DNA of 64,000 nucleotides from NCBI RefSeq assembly GCF_056746865.1, contig NZ_CM163382.1; one strand, 5' to 3'. Shown piece by piece: positions 41,775 to 53,885 of this stretch (position 1 is its first letter; each line of letters starts with the position of its first letter). The notes under the pieces were generated by a model. It saw only the letters and a program-made list of their open reading frames with translations, ran no database searches and was not told where the DNA came from. The position numbers and the translations under genes were made by a program.

Positions 41775-41805
41775 AGCGTACACTTGTACGCCGAACAAGT
41801 CCGAT
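41775..41805 (-). promoter_or_regulatory. fabB promoter operator region (palindrome matching the FabR/FadR-controlled site)
   Basis: agcgtacacttgtacgccgaacaagtccgat, a palindromic element 48..78 nt 5' of fabB; fabB is known to be controlled by FadR and FabR. Confidence 0.55.
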
Positions 41806-41819
41806 CAGCCAATTAATAG

Positions 41820-43892
<2,073 letters not shown>

Positions 43893-43905
43893 CCAGCTTT
43901 GGCAG

Positions 43906-44006
<101 letters not shown>

Positions 44007-44012
44007 CGCAAC

Positions 44013-44291
44013 TTACTGCTGTGACGCCTGCTGAAACAGGTTTTCCCACATATCGGTCACCAGCGCCTGGTCACGCGGCGACAATTCACCGGCACCAATG
44101 GCTTTTTCCAGACTCTGGCTAACGGTCGTATGTACCGCCTGGGCGGAGTGGTCATCACCACTTTCCAGTTCTGCGATGGCTAATGTCAGGTGGCCACGCA
44201 AATACCCACTGGCAAACAACTCATCATCACTGGCATGGTCAACCATACCGTCGATTAATGCCAGAATGCGTGATTCAAACTCCGCGATCAT
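44013..44291 (-). CDS. yfcL: Uncharacterized protein YfcL
   Basis: 92-aa acidic [29 protein letters not shown]...; last gene of the aroC-mepA-yfcA-epmC cluster. Confidence 0.85.
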
Positions 44292-44324
44292 CTTCTTTCC
44301 TCATTGTAAAACGTGGCGCTGGCT

Positions 44325-44873
44325 TTAGTTGAGCGCTTCCGGCCACGGGAACTGTTCCGCCGTAAGTTCCGGCGTGTGATAATAATTTTGTAATGCTTTA
44401 ATGAAGCGTGCCGGGCGTTCAGGAATGCCGTTTTCCAGATAATCCATCACCTGTGCATGTACCCGCCGTTGAAACACCACACGATCCGGTTCGAAGTCGC
44501 CTTCCAGATTGTCGCAACTGACGTTAAACGGATATCCCGCCGCCACACAGAACAACCAGTCCAGCGCCTGCGGCTTCACTTCAACATCTTCAAACTGGCT
44601 TTGCGTTTGGGCATCGCGTCCGTCCGGGCAATACCAGTAGCCGAAATCAACCAGCTCACGGCGCGCTTTCCCGGCAATACACCAGTGCGAAATCTCGTGG
44701 ATGGCGCTGGCATAAAAGCCATGAGCAAAGACGATTCGGTTATACGGTACTTCCGCATCAGCAGGAAGATAGATCGGTTCGTCGTCGCCTTTAATCAGAC
44801 GGGTATTAAAATCATCGGCAAAGCAGCTATTAAAAATTTCAATCAACTGCTCATAGTGGTGTGTACTGTTCAT
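44325..44873 (-). CDS. epmC: Elongation factor P hydroxylase
   Basis: 182-aa ORF MNSTHHYEQLIEIFNSCFADDFNTRLIKG... (formerly yfcM). Confidence 0.9.
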   Translation of the reverse strand: MNSTHHYEQLIEIFNSCFADDFNTRLIKGDDEPIYLPADAEVPYNRIVFAHGFYASAIHEISHWCIAGKARRELVDFGYWYCPDGRDAQTQSQFEDVEVKPQALDWLFCVAAGYPFNVSCDNLEGDFEPDRVVFQRRVHAQVMDYLENGIPERPARFIKALQNYYHTPELTAEQFPWPEALN

Positions 44874-45682
44874 TAGTTCATCCCCAACCAGTGGAGGATC
44901 TCCTGTCCGTGGCTATCGTAAAGTAATTTGGCACTCATCACCGCTGAGACAATAACAATCATCGGGCGGATCAGCTTTTGTCCTTTGCTCAACACCAGTC
45001 GTGAACCCATGCGCGCGCCGAGGAACTGCCCCACCAGCATCACGAATCCTGTCGCCCAAATCACTTTGCCACCGAGAATAAACAGCAGTAAACCGCCGAT
45101 ATTTGACGTTGCGTTGAGTAATTTGGCGTGAGCCGTGGCTTTGGCGAGGTTGAATCCGCACAGCGTAACAAAGGCCAGCGCGTAAAACGATCCCGCTGCC
45201 GGACCAAAGAAGCCGTCATAAAAACCGACGCAGCCACCGGCAATTAACGCGAAGGGTAAACCGTACATCCGGCGCTGGCGATCTTCTTCACCCAGCTTTG
45301 GCATCAGCAAGAAATAGAGGCCGATACAAATCACCAGAATGGGCAAAATCTGCCGTAAGACATCAGCCTGAACATACTGCACCAGCAATGCGCCGCTCAT
45401 TGAGCCGACAAAGGTCATGGCGATATTGAGTTTCTGATCGCTTAAACTAACCACTTTGCGGCGAATAAAGTAGATAGTGGCGGAAATAGAGCCACCGCAG
45501 GCTTGCAGTTTATTGGTTGCCAGCGCGTTAGCGGGAGACATCCCCGCCGCCATCAATGCCGGAATGGTGAGTAACCCACCGCCACCGGCAATCGAGTCGA
45601 TAAATCCCGCCAGCATGGCGACAAAAAAGAGAACTCCCAGCAACAGCGGGGAAACCATAAACAGGCTATTAAACGTTTCCAT
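44873..45682 (-). CDS. yfcA: TauE/SafE-family membrane protein
   Basis: 269-aa polytopic ORF with a Gly-rich motif (AGGGGLLTIP); 1-nt overlaps with mepA and epmC. Confidence 0.9.
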   Translation of the reverse strand: METFNSLFMVSPLLLGVLFFVAMLAGFIDSIAGGGGLLTIPALMAAGMSPANALATNKLQACGGSISATIYFIRRKVVSLSDQKLNIAMTFVGSMSGALLVQYVQADVLRQILPILVICIGLYFLLMPKLGEEDRQRRMYGLPFALIAGGCVGFYDGFFGPAAGSFYALAFVTLCGFNLAKATAHAKLLNATSNIGGLLLFILGGKVIWATGFVMLVGQFLGARMGSRLVLSKGQKLIRPMIVIVSAVMSAKLLYDSHGQEILHWLGMN

Positions 45683-46506
45683 TAGATCACGTGCTCATCC
45701 AGTAGCGCCTGGCAGGAAGGCGGCAACGGAGGCGGTGTCTTCTTCTCAGGCTTTGTTGTTCCCGGTTTTGGAGGTTCAAACCAGCTTTGCAGTTCTGCCC
45801 CGCAACCATCGCCTGGTGGCGGTAAAGGTTGATCTTCACACTCCAGACTATCGGCAGGACAACGTAATCGTACATGCATATGCGCGCGATGCTGGAACCA
45901 GGGTCGCACTTTGCGCAACCAGTCGCGATCGGTGCCCGCATCAAGGCAAAGTTGTTGTTTAATCGCCGGATTAACAAAAATGCGCGTGACGTCTTTGTCC
46001 TGGGCGGCGAGTTTGATCAAGCTGAAAATTTCTGGCTTCCACAGCGTCGGAACAACGTGTTTACCGTCGCGGGAAACTAAATCTAACGCTTGCGGGCGCA
46101 AGAGCTGCGCGGAGGTCCAGCGTGTTTTTGGCAGTTGCAGGAAGATGTCCACATCCAGTCCGGTCTGGTGGCTGGCGTGACCGCCGTTGAAACGACCACC
46201 AGCAGGCATCCCCATATCGCCAATCAGCACCGTGCCCAAGCTCAGATTGCTCACCTGGCTACTCAGACGCTGGATAAACATCACCAGATCCGGGTGTCCG
46301 AAATAGCGACGCTGATCGGTACGCATGACCTGATAATGTTCGGACTGTATCGGCAGCGTGTCAGCGCCGACGATACAGCCATTAGAAAAACTGCCTATCG
46401 ATTGTGCGCTACCCGGCACAGGTTGGGTTATTTTTTGCCACGGCGTCGCTGCCAGGCTGGCGCTACTGGCAAGCAGGGCCAGCAGCGCAATCGCGGTTTT
46501 GTTCAT
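45682..46506 (-). CDS. mepA: Penicillin-insensitive murein DD-endopeptidase
   Basis: 274-aa ORF with signal peptide [20 protein letters not shown] and LAS metallopeptidase His/Asp motifs ([12 protein letters not shown]). Confidence 0.93.
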   Translation of the reverse strand: MNKTAIALLALLASSASLAATPWQKITQPVPGSAQSIGSFSNGCIVGADTLPIQSEHYQVMRTDQRRYFGHPDLVMFIQRLSSQVSNLSLGTVLIGDMGMPAGGRFNGGHASHQTGLDVDIFLQLPKTRWTSAQLLRPQALDLVSRDGKHVVPTLWKPEIFSLIKLAAQDKDVTRIFVNPAIKQQLCLDAGTDRDWLRKVRPWFQHRAHMHVRLRCPADSLECEDQPLPPPGDGCGAELQSWFEPPKPGTTKPEKKTPPPLPPSCQALLDEHVI

Positions 46507-46509
46507 TTT

Positions 46510-47595
46510 TTACCAGCGTGGAATATCAGTCTTCACATCGGCATTTTGCGCCCGCTGCCGTAACAGGTGATCCATTAAAACGATCGCCAGCATCGCTTCT
46601 GCGATCGGCACCGCACGGATCCCGACACAAGGATCGTGACGGCCTTTGGTGATCATCTCAACTTCTTCGCCAAAGCGGTTAATGGTACGCCCTGGCACGG
46701 TAATGCTGGAGGTTGGCTTCAGCGCCATATGGGCAATGATTTGCTGCCCGCTGCTGATACCGCCAAGAATGCCGCCCGCATGGTTGCTCTGGAAACCGTC
46801 TTTGGTGATTTCGTCGCGGTTCTGGCTGCCACGCAGCGCCACCACGTCAAAACCATCACCAATTTCTACGCCTTTCACCGCGTTGATGCTCATCAGCGCA
46901 TGGGCGATGTCGGCATCCAGGCGGTCAAAGACCGGCTCGCCAAGTCCGGCGGGGACGCCACTGGCAACAACGGTGACTTTCGCGCCGATGGAGTCGCCCT
47001 CTTTTTTCAGCGCGCGCATCAGTTCATCTAACGCGTCGATTTTGTCCGGGTCCGGGCAGAAAAACGGATTTTGCTCGACCTGCGACCAGTCTTTGATTTC
47101 CAGCGGAATGTCACCCATCTGGGTCAGGCAGCCGCGAATCTCAATGCCAAATTTCTCGGCGAGATATTTTTTTGCAATCGCCCCTGCCGCCACGCGCATG
47201 GCGGTTTCGCGGGCGGAAGAGCGCCCGCCGCCGCGATAATCGCGCAGACCGTATTTTTGTTCGTAGGTGTAATCGGCATGGCCTGGACGGAAAACGTCTT
47301 TAATGGCGCTGTAATCCTGAGAACGCTGGTCGGTATTTTCGATCAACAAGCCAATGCTGGTGCCAGTAGTAACACCTTCAAAAACACCGGAGAGTATTTT
47401 GACCTGATCCGGCTCGCGGCGCTGGGTGGTATAGCGCGATGTCCCAGGGCGACGACGATCAAGGTCATGTTGCAGGTCCGCTTCCGTCAGCGGAATGCCT
47501 GGCGGAACACCATCGACGATGCAGCCGAGCGCCAGCCCGTGCGATTCGCCGAAGGTGGTTACGCGAAAGAGTTGTCCAATTGTGTTTCCAGCCAT
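46510..47595 (-). CDS. aroC: Chorismate synthase
   Basis: 361-aa [36 protein letters not shown]...; the longest ORF has one extra upstream Met (47598). Confidence 0.96.
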   Translation of the reverse strand: MAGNTIGQLFRVTTFGESHGLALGCIVDGVPPGIPLTEADLQHDLDRRRPGTSRYTTQRREPDQVKILSGVFEGVTTGTSIGLLIENTDQRSQDYSAIKDVFRPGHADYTYEQKYGLRDYRGGGRSSARETAMRVAAGAIAKKYLAEKFGIEIRGCLTQMGDIPLEIKDWSQVEQNPFFCPDPDKIDALDELMRALKKEGDSIGAKVTVVASGVPAGLGEPVFDRLDADIAHALMSINAVKGVEIGDGFDVVALRGSQNRDEITKDGFQSNHAGGILGGISSGQQIIAHMALKPTSSITVPGRTINRFGEEVEMITKGRHDPCVGIRAVPIAEAMLAIVLMDHLLRQRAQNADVKTDIPRW

Positions 47596-47629
47596 CACGG
47601 CTCCGTTATTGTTGTGTTTGCGTGTTTAC

Positions 47630-48562
47630 TTAATCTTTATAAATCGCGAAATGTTCACGGGCCGCCAGCAGCTGCTCTTTGGTGAGCATAAACACACCAT
47701 CGCCGCCGTTATCAAACTCCAGCCAGGTGAACGGAACATCCGGATATTGTTCCATAAGATGTACCATGCTGTTGCCGACTTCACAAATCAGCACGCCATC
47801 ATCAGCGAGGTAATCTGCCGCGTTACCGAGAATGCGACGCGTCAGTTTCAGGCCGTCGGTGCCAGATGCCAGGCCCAGTTCCGGCTCGTGGCGGTATTCA
47901 TTTGGCAGGTCGGACATATCTTCCGCATCGACGTACGGCGGGTTAGTGACGATCAGGTCGTACTGTACTTTCGGCAAATCACGGAACAGATCGGAGCGAA
48001 TCGGGATGACGTTGTGGATCAGACCGTGTTCTTCGATGTTCTGTTCAGCAACCGCCAGCGCGTCGGGAGAGATATCCACCGCGTCAACTTCCGCATCCGG
48101 GAAGGCATAAGCACAGGCAATGGCGATGCAGCCGCTACCGGTACACATATCTAAAATATGCTGCGGTTGCTTGCTGATAAGTCCGGCAAATTTATTGTTG
48201 ATCAGTTCACCAATCGGCGAGCGCGGCACCAGCACGCGTTCATCGACGTAAAATTCATGACCGCAGAACCACGCTTTGTTAGTCAGGTAAGCCACCGGAA
48301 TGCGTTCATTGACGCGGCGGATCACGCGCTCAACAATACGGTGTTTTTCGCTGGAGGTCAGACGCGCGGTGCGCATATCTTCCGGGATATCCAGCGGCAG
48401 GTAGAGTGAAGGCAACACCAGTTGCACGGCTTCATCCCACGGGTTGTCAGTGCCGTGGCCGTACCAGATATTCGCCGCGCTGAAGCGGCTCACCGACCAG
48501 CGCAACATGTCCTGAATGGTTTGCAGCTCATTTACTGCTTCATCAACGAAAATTTTATCCAC
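47630..48562 (-). CDS. prmB: Ribosomal protein L3 glutamine N5-methyltransferase
   Basis: ORF with SAM-MTase motifs ([16 protein letters not shown]); I chose the GTG start at 48562 ([14 protein letters not shown]..., 310 aa); the longest ORF (to 48895) extends through the promoter region. Confidence 0.88.
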   Translation of the reverse strand: MDKIFVDEAVNELQTIQDMLRWSVSRFSAANIWYGHGTDNPWDEAVQLVLPSLYLPLDIPEDMRTARLTSSEKHRIVERVIRRVNERIPVAYLTNKAWFCGHEFYVDERVLVPRSPIGELINNKFAGLISKQPQHILDMCTGSGCIAIACAYAFPDAEVDAVDISPDALAVAEQNIEEHGLIHNVIPIRSDLFRDLPKVQYDLIVTNPPYVDAEDMSDLPNEYRHEPELGLASGTDGLKLTRRILGNAADYLADDGVLICEVGNSMVHLMEQYPDVPFTWLEFDNGGDGVFMLTKEQLLAAREHFAIYKD

Positions 48563-48727
48563 GTATTCCTCCAGGGCATGATCGCAATAATTTCGGCGGC
48601 TAGTTTGCCATGAAGATGACGATAAATCAGCATTCACGCGCGGTGAGTGCGGAAAAATACGTTTAAAACGATCGATTGCGCTACGAGTCGGGTAAACTGT
48701 AGGAAAATTAGAAATAGAGACAGATAA

Positions 48728-49279
48728 ATGAAAAAGAAAACAACACTTAGCGAGGAGGACCAGGCGCTGTTTCGACAGTTGATGGCGGGGACTCGCAAGA
48801 TTAAGCAGGACACGATTGTCCACCGACCGCAGCGTAAGAAAATCAGCGAAGTGCCGGTGAAACGGTTGATTCAGGAGCAGGCCGATGCCAGCCATTATTT
48901 TTCCGATGAATTTCAGCCGTTATTGAATACCGAAGGTCCGGTGAAATATGTTCGCCCGGATGTCAGCCATTTTGAGGCGAAGAAGTTACGCCGTGGCGAT
49001 TATTCACCGGAGCTGTTTTTGGATTTGCACGGTTTGACGCAGCTGCAAGCCAAGCAGGAGTTAGGCGCATTGATTGCCGCCTGTCGCCGCGAACATGTGT
49101 TTTGTGCCTGCGTGATGCATGGTCATGGGAAGCATATTTTGAAGCAGCAAACGCCGCTGTGGCTGGCGCAACATCCGCATGTGATGGCATTTCACCAGGC
49201 ACCAAAAGAGTACGGTGGTGATGCGGCATTGCTGGTGTTGATTGAAGTGGATGAGTGGTTGCCGCCGGAATTACCGTGA
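48728..49279 (+). CDS. smrB: Smr-domain endonuclease (ribosome rescue)
   Basis: 183-aa [24 protein letters not shown]... with C-terminal Smr domain (LDLHGLT). Confidence 0.9.
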
Positions 49280-49294
49280 ATGCTGGCATCGAAT

Positions 49295-49402
49295 GCCGGA
49301 TGCGGCGTGAATGCCTTATCCGGCCGATAAAAATATGATAATTCAATAAATTGTGATTCATTTCGTAGGCCTGATAAGACGCGTCGGCGTCACATCAGGC
49401 AT
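49295..49402. repeat. REP/BIME cluster between convergent smrB and yfcO
   Basis: gccggatgcggcgtgaatgccttatccggcc ... gtaggcctgataagacgcgtcggcgtcacatcaggc. Confidence 0.8.
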
Positions 49403-49419
49403 CAGTGCACAACGACGAG

Positions 49420-50268
49420 CTACAACTCATTCAATACATACTGAAAACGACACGTAGAATCAATCGGTTGCCGACTGCTGGTATTCACCTTCACCACGAT
49501 ATCATGTAACTCTTTATCGGTTACCGGATGACGTGTGGGGGTCACCGTTACCGTTGATTTGTCGCAGCCATAAGAGGTAAAGGTTAACAGTTCTGATACC
49601 GCACGGCAGTATGCACCTCTACTATCAAAAACGCTGCCGTCACAGAGTTTGCCGTTTTCCATCAGGTAGGTCGAAAGCGTAGTGGTAATTGTCGACCCCG
49701 TGGACTGTAGCTGTAGCGCTTTATTATGACTGACATAATTTTCACTCCAGGAGATATCATAGGAGGCGACCGGTATCGTTGGGCATATTGAGTTATGCAC
49801 AGTCGGGCTCGTGTAGCTTCCAAATCCAGATAAGTTTGTATATGAATAAAAGGACGCGATCCACGGGCAACCATAATTATCAGATGCAACGGTGATCTTT
49901 AAGGTCATATATGCACAACGGAAAATATCCGTATCAATACCGGGGCAATGTGAATTATTAATCGTATCATAATCCGTTATAACCAGAGTTGGTGCCGGAC
50001 CCGACCCCGTCCAGGAAATACGCGGAAGCGTATCCCCCTTACGCGCAAGAAAACTATATTTTCCATATGCAACCTCCCCTGGTGTTACCACCGTAACATT
50101 GAGAACAATAGACGAAGCTATCCCTGTTATCGTGTCCATCGCATAATAAATTCTCACACTGTCGAAACTTGAACTCATAAGTTTATCCCCAGCATAGCTC
50201 CTGGGTGTGCCGACAACATTCAGGACAAGCAGCATCAGGCTCGCGAAAAATAGGGTCCATTTTTTCAT
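49420..50268 (-). CDS. yfcO: Secreted protein YfcO, terminal gene of the yfc fimbrial cluster (possible adhesin)
   Basis: ORF from MKKWTLFFASLMLLVLNVVGTPRSYA (signal peptide), about 282 aa; the longest ORF (to 50313) reads into the IS2 end and is rejected. Confidence 0.8.
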   Translation of the reverse strand: MKKWTLFFASLMLLVLNVVGTPRSYAGDKLMSSSFDSVRIYYAMDTITGIASSIVLNVTVVTPGEVAYGKYSFLARKGDTLPRISWTGSGPAPTLVITDYDTINNSHCPGIDTDIFRCAYMTLKITVASDNYGCPWIASFYSYTNLSGFGSYTSPTVHNSICPTIPVASYDISWSENYVSHNKALQLQSTGSTITTTLSTYLMENGKLCDGSVFDSRGAYCRAVSELLTFTSYGCDKSTVTVTPTRHPVTDKELHDIVVKVNTSSRQPIDSTCRFQYVLNEL

Positions 50269-50280
50269 GTTATAAATACT

Positions 50281-50285
50281 CAAAG
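50281..50285. repeat. IS2 target-site duplication, left copy (CAAAG)
   Basis: 5-bp CAAAG directly abutting the IS2 left end; the identical pentamer abuts the right end. Confidence 0.85.
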
Positions 50286-50376
50286 TAGACTGGCCCCCTG
50301 AATCTCCAGACAACCAATATCACTTAAATAAGTGATAGTCTTAATACTAGTTTTTAGACTAGTCATTGGAGAGCAG

Positions 50377-50742
50377 ATGATTGATGTCTTAGGACCGGAG
50401 AAACGCAGACGGCGTACTACACAGGAAAAGATCGCTATTGTTCAGCAGAGTTTTGAACCGGGAATGACGGTCTCCCTTGTTGCCCGGCAACACGGTGTGG
50501 CAGCCAGCCAGTTATTTCTCTGGCGCAAGCAATACCAGGAGGGAAGTCTTACTGCTGTGGCCGCAGGAGAGCAGGTCGTTCCTGCCTCTGAACTTGCTGC
50601 TGCCATGAAGCAGATTAAAGAACTCCAGCGCCTGCTCGGCAAAAAAACGATGGAAAATGAACTCCTTAAAGAAGCCGTTGAATACGGGCGTGCAAAAAAG
50701 TGGATAGCGCACGCGCCCTTATTGCCCGGGGATGGGGAGTAA
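50377..50742 (+). CDS. insC: IS2 transposase OrfA (InsC)
   Basis: [56 protein letters not shown]... (HTH); the longest ORF starts at 50332. Confidence 0.92.
50694..50700 (+). other. Programmed -1 ribosomal frameshift slippery heptamer (A AAA AAG) for the InsCD fusion
   Basis: A6G in the InsC frame where the insD frame (-1) overlaps; IS3-family transposases are made by -1 frameshifting. Confidence 0.7.
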
Positions 50743-51605
50743 GCTTAGTCAGCCGTTGTCTCCGGGTGTCGCGTGCGCAGTTGCACGTCATTCTCAGACG
50801 AACCGATGACTGGAAAGATGGTCGCCGCAGCCGTCACTCAGATGATACGGATGTGCTTCTCCGTATACACCATGTTATCGGAGAGCTGCCCACGTATGGT
50901 TATCGTCGGGTATGGGCGCTGCTTCGCAGACAGGCCGAACTTGATGGTATGCCTGCGATCAATGCCAAACGTGTTTACCGGATCATGCGCCAGAATGCGC
51001 TGTTGCTTGAGCGAAAAACCGCTGTACCGCCATCGAAACGGGCACATACTGGCAAAGTGGCCGTGAAAGAAAGCAATCAACGATGGTGCTCTGACGGGTT
51101 CGAGTTCCGCTGTGATAACGGAGAAAAACTGCGAGTCACGTTCGCGCTGGACTGCTGTGACCGTGAGGCACTGCACTGGGCAGTCACTACGGGCGGCTTC
51201 GACAGTGAAACAGTACAGGACGTAATGCTGGGAGCGGTGGAACGCCGCTTCGGCAACGAGCTTCCGGCGTCTCCAGTAGAGTGGCTGACGGATAATGGTT
51301 CATGCTACCGGGCTAATGAAACACGGCAGTTTGCCCGGATGTTGGGGCTTGAACCGAAGAACACGGCGGTGCGGAGTCCGGAGAGTAACGGCATAGCAGA
51401 GAGCTTCGTGAAAACGATAAAGCGTGACTACATCAGTATCATGCCTAAACCAGACGGGTTAACGGCAGCAAAGAACCTTGCAGAGGCGTTCGAGCATTAT
51501 AACGAATGGCATCCGCATAGTGCACTGGGTTATCGCTCGCCACGGGAATATCTACGGCAGCGGGCCAGTAATGGGTTAAGTGATAACAGGTGTCTGGAAA
51601 TATAG
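50700..51605 (+). CDS. insD: IS2 transposase OrfB (InsD), DDE catalytic domain
   Basis: 301-aa ORF ...[33 protein letters not shown]...TDNGSCYRA...ESNGIAESF (DDE motif). Confidence 0.92.
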
Positions 51606-52130
51606 GGGCAAATCCACAAAGGTTGCCGTCACAGTGGCGTTAAAGTCACCGGACGTTACATTTCGCCCGCTCTTCGCCTGTAACCAGGCATTAAAATTTA
51701 GGCTGTTATTTCCCTGATTCAGCGGGAGCGTGACGCCTGTTGTATTGTTGACTGGCACTGGTATACCTGCCGCTGTTTCAATTCCAATCCCAGCGCCGGA
51801 CGCAGAAGACGAGGCGTCAAAAGCCAGAAATCCGGGCAGTTCACTATCTTCTGTTCCCGTTAACGTGACTCTGACACTCAGCGATGTAGAACTTTGACAA
51901 TCCTTCAATTGAATGACCAACGGCACTCGCTCTGACTGCCCAATGTTCATTAAATCGCTGGCGGCAATGGCAGGAAAATGTACCTCTGCCAACTGGCTAC
52001 CGTTGATCACTGGTGTACACGATTTACTGATTAAATTGCCGGTAAAGTGCAGATTATCTACCGCTGTTGTGGTGCCGCTGTTCAGCAACAGCAGGCTATT
52101 GATAAAAATCAACGCACACTTTTTCTTCAT
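51576..52130 (-). CDS. yfcP: Fimbrial subunit (yfc cluster), 3' end altered by the IS2 insertion
   Basis: 184-aa ORF with signal peptide [19 protein letters not shown]; the last 13 codons ([13 protein letters not shown]) are encoded by the IS2 right end; removing IS2 and one TSD copy restores ...TATFEYL-stop. Confidence 0.8.
   Translation of the reverse strand: MKKKCALIFINSLLLLNSGTTTAVDNLHFTGNLISKSCTPVINGSQLAEVHFPAIAASDLMNIGQSERVPLVIQLKDCQSSTSLSVRVTLTGTEDSELPGFLAFDASSSASGAGIGIETAAGIPVPVNNTTGVTLPLNQGNNSLNFNAWLQAKSGRNVTSGDFNATVTATFVDLPLYFQTPVIT
51617..51621. repeat. IS2 target-site duplication, right copy (CAAAG)
   Basis: CAAAG immediately after the IS2 right terminus. Confidence 0.85.
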
Positions 52131-52597
52131 TGATAATCCACCTGTAACGTGGCCCAGGCTTCAAAGTCCGCCTCAGGCAGATCAACACCACTCTTTTTTA
52201 CTGGCACAGCCGTTAACACCGGTAAATCGGTTTCATTCACCACGAGTGGCGTATTGATCCTAAAACGCTGCCCAGCCTGTTTAAGCTGAATACCTAATCC
52301 AGTGATATTGCTGCTTACTGCGGCATCATCAAAATCGCTTTGTGTGCCACTCCAGCTCAAGGTCATTTCCATTGATGGGTCGCGAACCGCCGTATCACAG
52401 GTAATGGAATACGGCACCGTTTGCTCATAATTACTGCCATTAATGTCATCAACAAACACATCCTGAAAGGTGATTTCAATGGTTTGAGCGTTGCTAATAG
52501 TGCAGTTAGGCGGCTGCACTAAATAGCCGTGAAAAGAGACATTTGAGAGTGCCATCGAGCAAAAGCCCCACAGCACAAGAAGTGAGATCCGTTTCAT
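52127..52597 (-). CDS. yfcQ: Fimbrial subunit (yfc cluster)
   Basis: 156-aa ORF with signal peptide and C-terminal fimbrial beta-strand motif (ATLQVDYQ). Confidence 0.85.
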   Translation of the reverse strand: MKRISLLVLWGFCSMALSNVSFHGYLVQPPNCTISNAQTIEITFQDVFVDDINGSNYEQTVPYSITCDTAVRDPSMEMTLSWSGTQSDFDDAAVSSNITGLGIQLKQAGQRFRINTPLVVNETDLPVLTAVPVKKSGVDLPEADFEAWATLQVDYQ

Positions 52598-53100
52598 TGA
52601 TAATCCACCACAATTGTGGCGCTGGCGTTAAATTCCGCTGCCGCTAAGGTTGTACCACTCTGTTTCACCGGCACGGCTTCAAGTGCAGGGATGCCCGAGG
52701 AAAAATTAAACGGCAACCATGAACCAGACGTTAAGTCGAGTATTGAGTGATCACTACTTTTTTGAACCCGAATACCAAACCCTGGAATACCTGTGCTGAT
52801 AACTGTTTCACCGTTAATCACGACCGTTGTCGCCTGCATCTGTAAACGCAAGTCATCCATTGCCAAATTGTTGCAAACAAGCGAGTAGTCAATGGGACGG
52901 TTATAACTCACCCCATCGATCTTATTAATGAATACATTACCAAACTCAACTGCCGCACCATTTACCGTACAAGGAGGAGGGGCATCAACAAGCACCCGTA
53001 AATTCATACTTACTGACTTACTCGCTGCAACTGCAAAGCCGCTACCAACACAACATATCAGTAACCCAGTTACCGCCCAGACAGAACAAGATCCTTTCAT
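52594..53100 (-). CDS. yfcR: Fimbrial subunit (yfc cluster)
   Basis: ORF from MKGSCSVWAVTGLLICCVGSGFAVAA (signal peptide) to ...ATIVVDYQ; the longest ORF (to 53208) overlaps yfcS and is rejected. Confidence 0.8.
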   Translation of the reverse strand: MKGSCSVWAVTGLLICCVGSGFAVAASKSVSMNLRVLVDAPPPCTVNGAAVEFGNVFINKIDGVSYNRPIDYSLVCNNLAMDDLRLQMQATTVVINGETVISTGIPGFGIRVQKSSDHSILDLTSGSWLPFNFSSGIPALEAVPVKQSGTTLAAAEFNASATIVVDYQ

Positions 53101-53116
53101 ACTGGCTCTCCCGTCA

Positions 53117-53866
53117 TTAGCCTTTGCGGCTCTGCTCTTCATCAACCTGGCAACTGTTACCGTTGCAGGTGAAAAAGAGCGGCATCCGAGCGCCATAGTC
53201 GTTGACATAGGTCAGTACCGGCACGCTACCCATCTTCACATTCAGCGGTGCAGAGGTTTTCGGCGACATCACTATTGGCGAGAAACCGGCTGCCGGATTG
53301 CCATTTTTCTGTGCGCTGGCATTACTGAAAATGACGTAATACGGCGTCGGGTTATTGACAGTAAATTCCTGACCGTTGCGGGTTAAGGTCACTTTATGCT
53401 GCCATGGGTTTTGCGTGGTGTTTTTTTCCAGAGCTTTCGGTCGCCAGAAAAGTTTGATACGCGTCTGAAGAGCGATTTGTAGCGTGTTGGATTTGTTCGA
53501 TTTCGGCGGAATTTCGCGCACGTTGAAATAGAACATCGATTCCCGATCGGCAGGTAATTTATGAATATCCGGCAGGCCCTGAATTTTAACCTGGCCATTC
53601 ATCATTGCTTCAATGCGCTGTACAGGCGGCAATACCGCCAGCGGCGAGCTGATCTTGACGCCCTTTTCATCTTCAATCCAGCTTTGCGCCAGATAAGGCA
53701 GTTTGGGGTCGTTATTACGCAGCGTCACGCTGATAGATTTATCGCTTTCATTAAAAATCAGGCGAGTACGATCGGGCGTTACTGACGCCTGGGTAGAAAA
53801 ACTTACCGTTGCTGCCAGTAACGACAGTACCGTTGTCAATGTTTTGGCAGAGAGATATTTAGTCAT
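53117..53866 (-). CDS. yfcS: Periplasmic pilus chaperone (PapD-like)
   Basis: 249-aa ORF with signal peptide MTKYLSAKTLTTVLSLLAATVSFSTQA and two-domain chaperone layout. Confidence 0.9.
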   Translation of the reverse strand: MTKYLSAKTLTTVLSLLAATVSFSTQASVTPDRTRLIFNESDKSISVTLRNNDPKLPYLAQSWIEDEKGVKISSPLAVLPPVQRIEAMMNGQVKIQGLPDIHKLPADRESMFYFNVREIPPKSNKSNTLQIALQTRIKLFWRPKALEKNTTQNPWQHKVTLTRNGQEFTVNNPTPYYVIFSNASAQKNGNPAAGFSPIVMSPKTSAPLNVKMGSVPVLTYVNDYGARMPLFFTCNGNSCQVDEEQSRKG

Positions 53867-53885
53867 GGATCATTCCTTAATCACG

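Larger units (their letters stand above)
50286..51616 (+). mobile_element. Insertion sequence IS2 (IS3 family), complete 1331-bp copy
   Basis: Starts TAGACTGGCCCCCTGAATCTCC and ends ...TGGAAATATAGGGGCAAATCCA; encodes InsC and InsD in overlapping frames with an A6G slippery site; flanked by 5-bp direct repeats. Confidence 0.95.

Noticed and set aside
47630-48895. 421-aa version of prmB from the longest ORF
   Set aside because: The N-terminal 111 residues run through the prmB/smrB divergent promoter region and overlap the smrB start; the conserved methyltransferase begins at the GTG giving VDKIFVDEA (48562).
49420-50313. 297-aa extended yfcO ORF
   Set aside because: The first 15 codons read through the target duplication into the IS2 left inverted repeat; the signal-peptide Met (MKKWTLFF) at 50268 is the plausible start.
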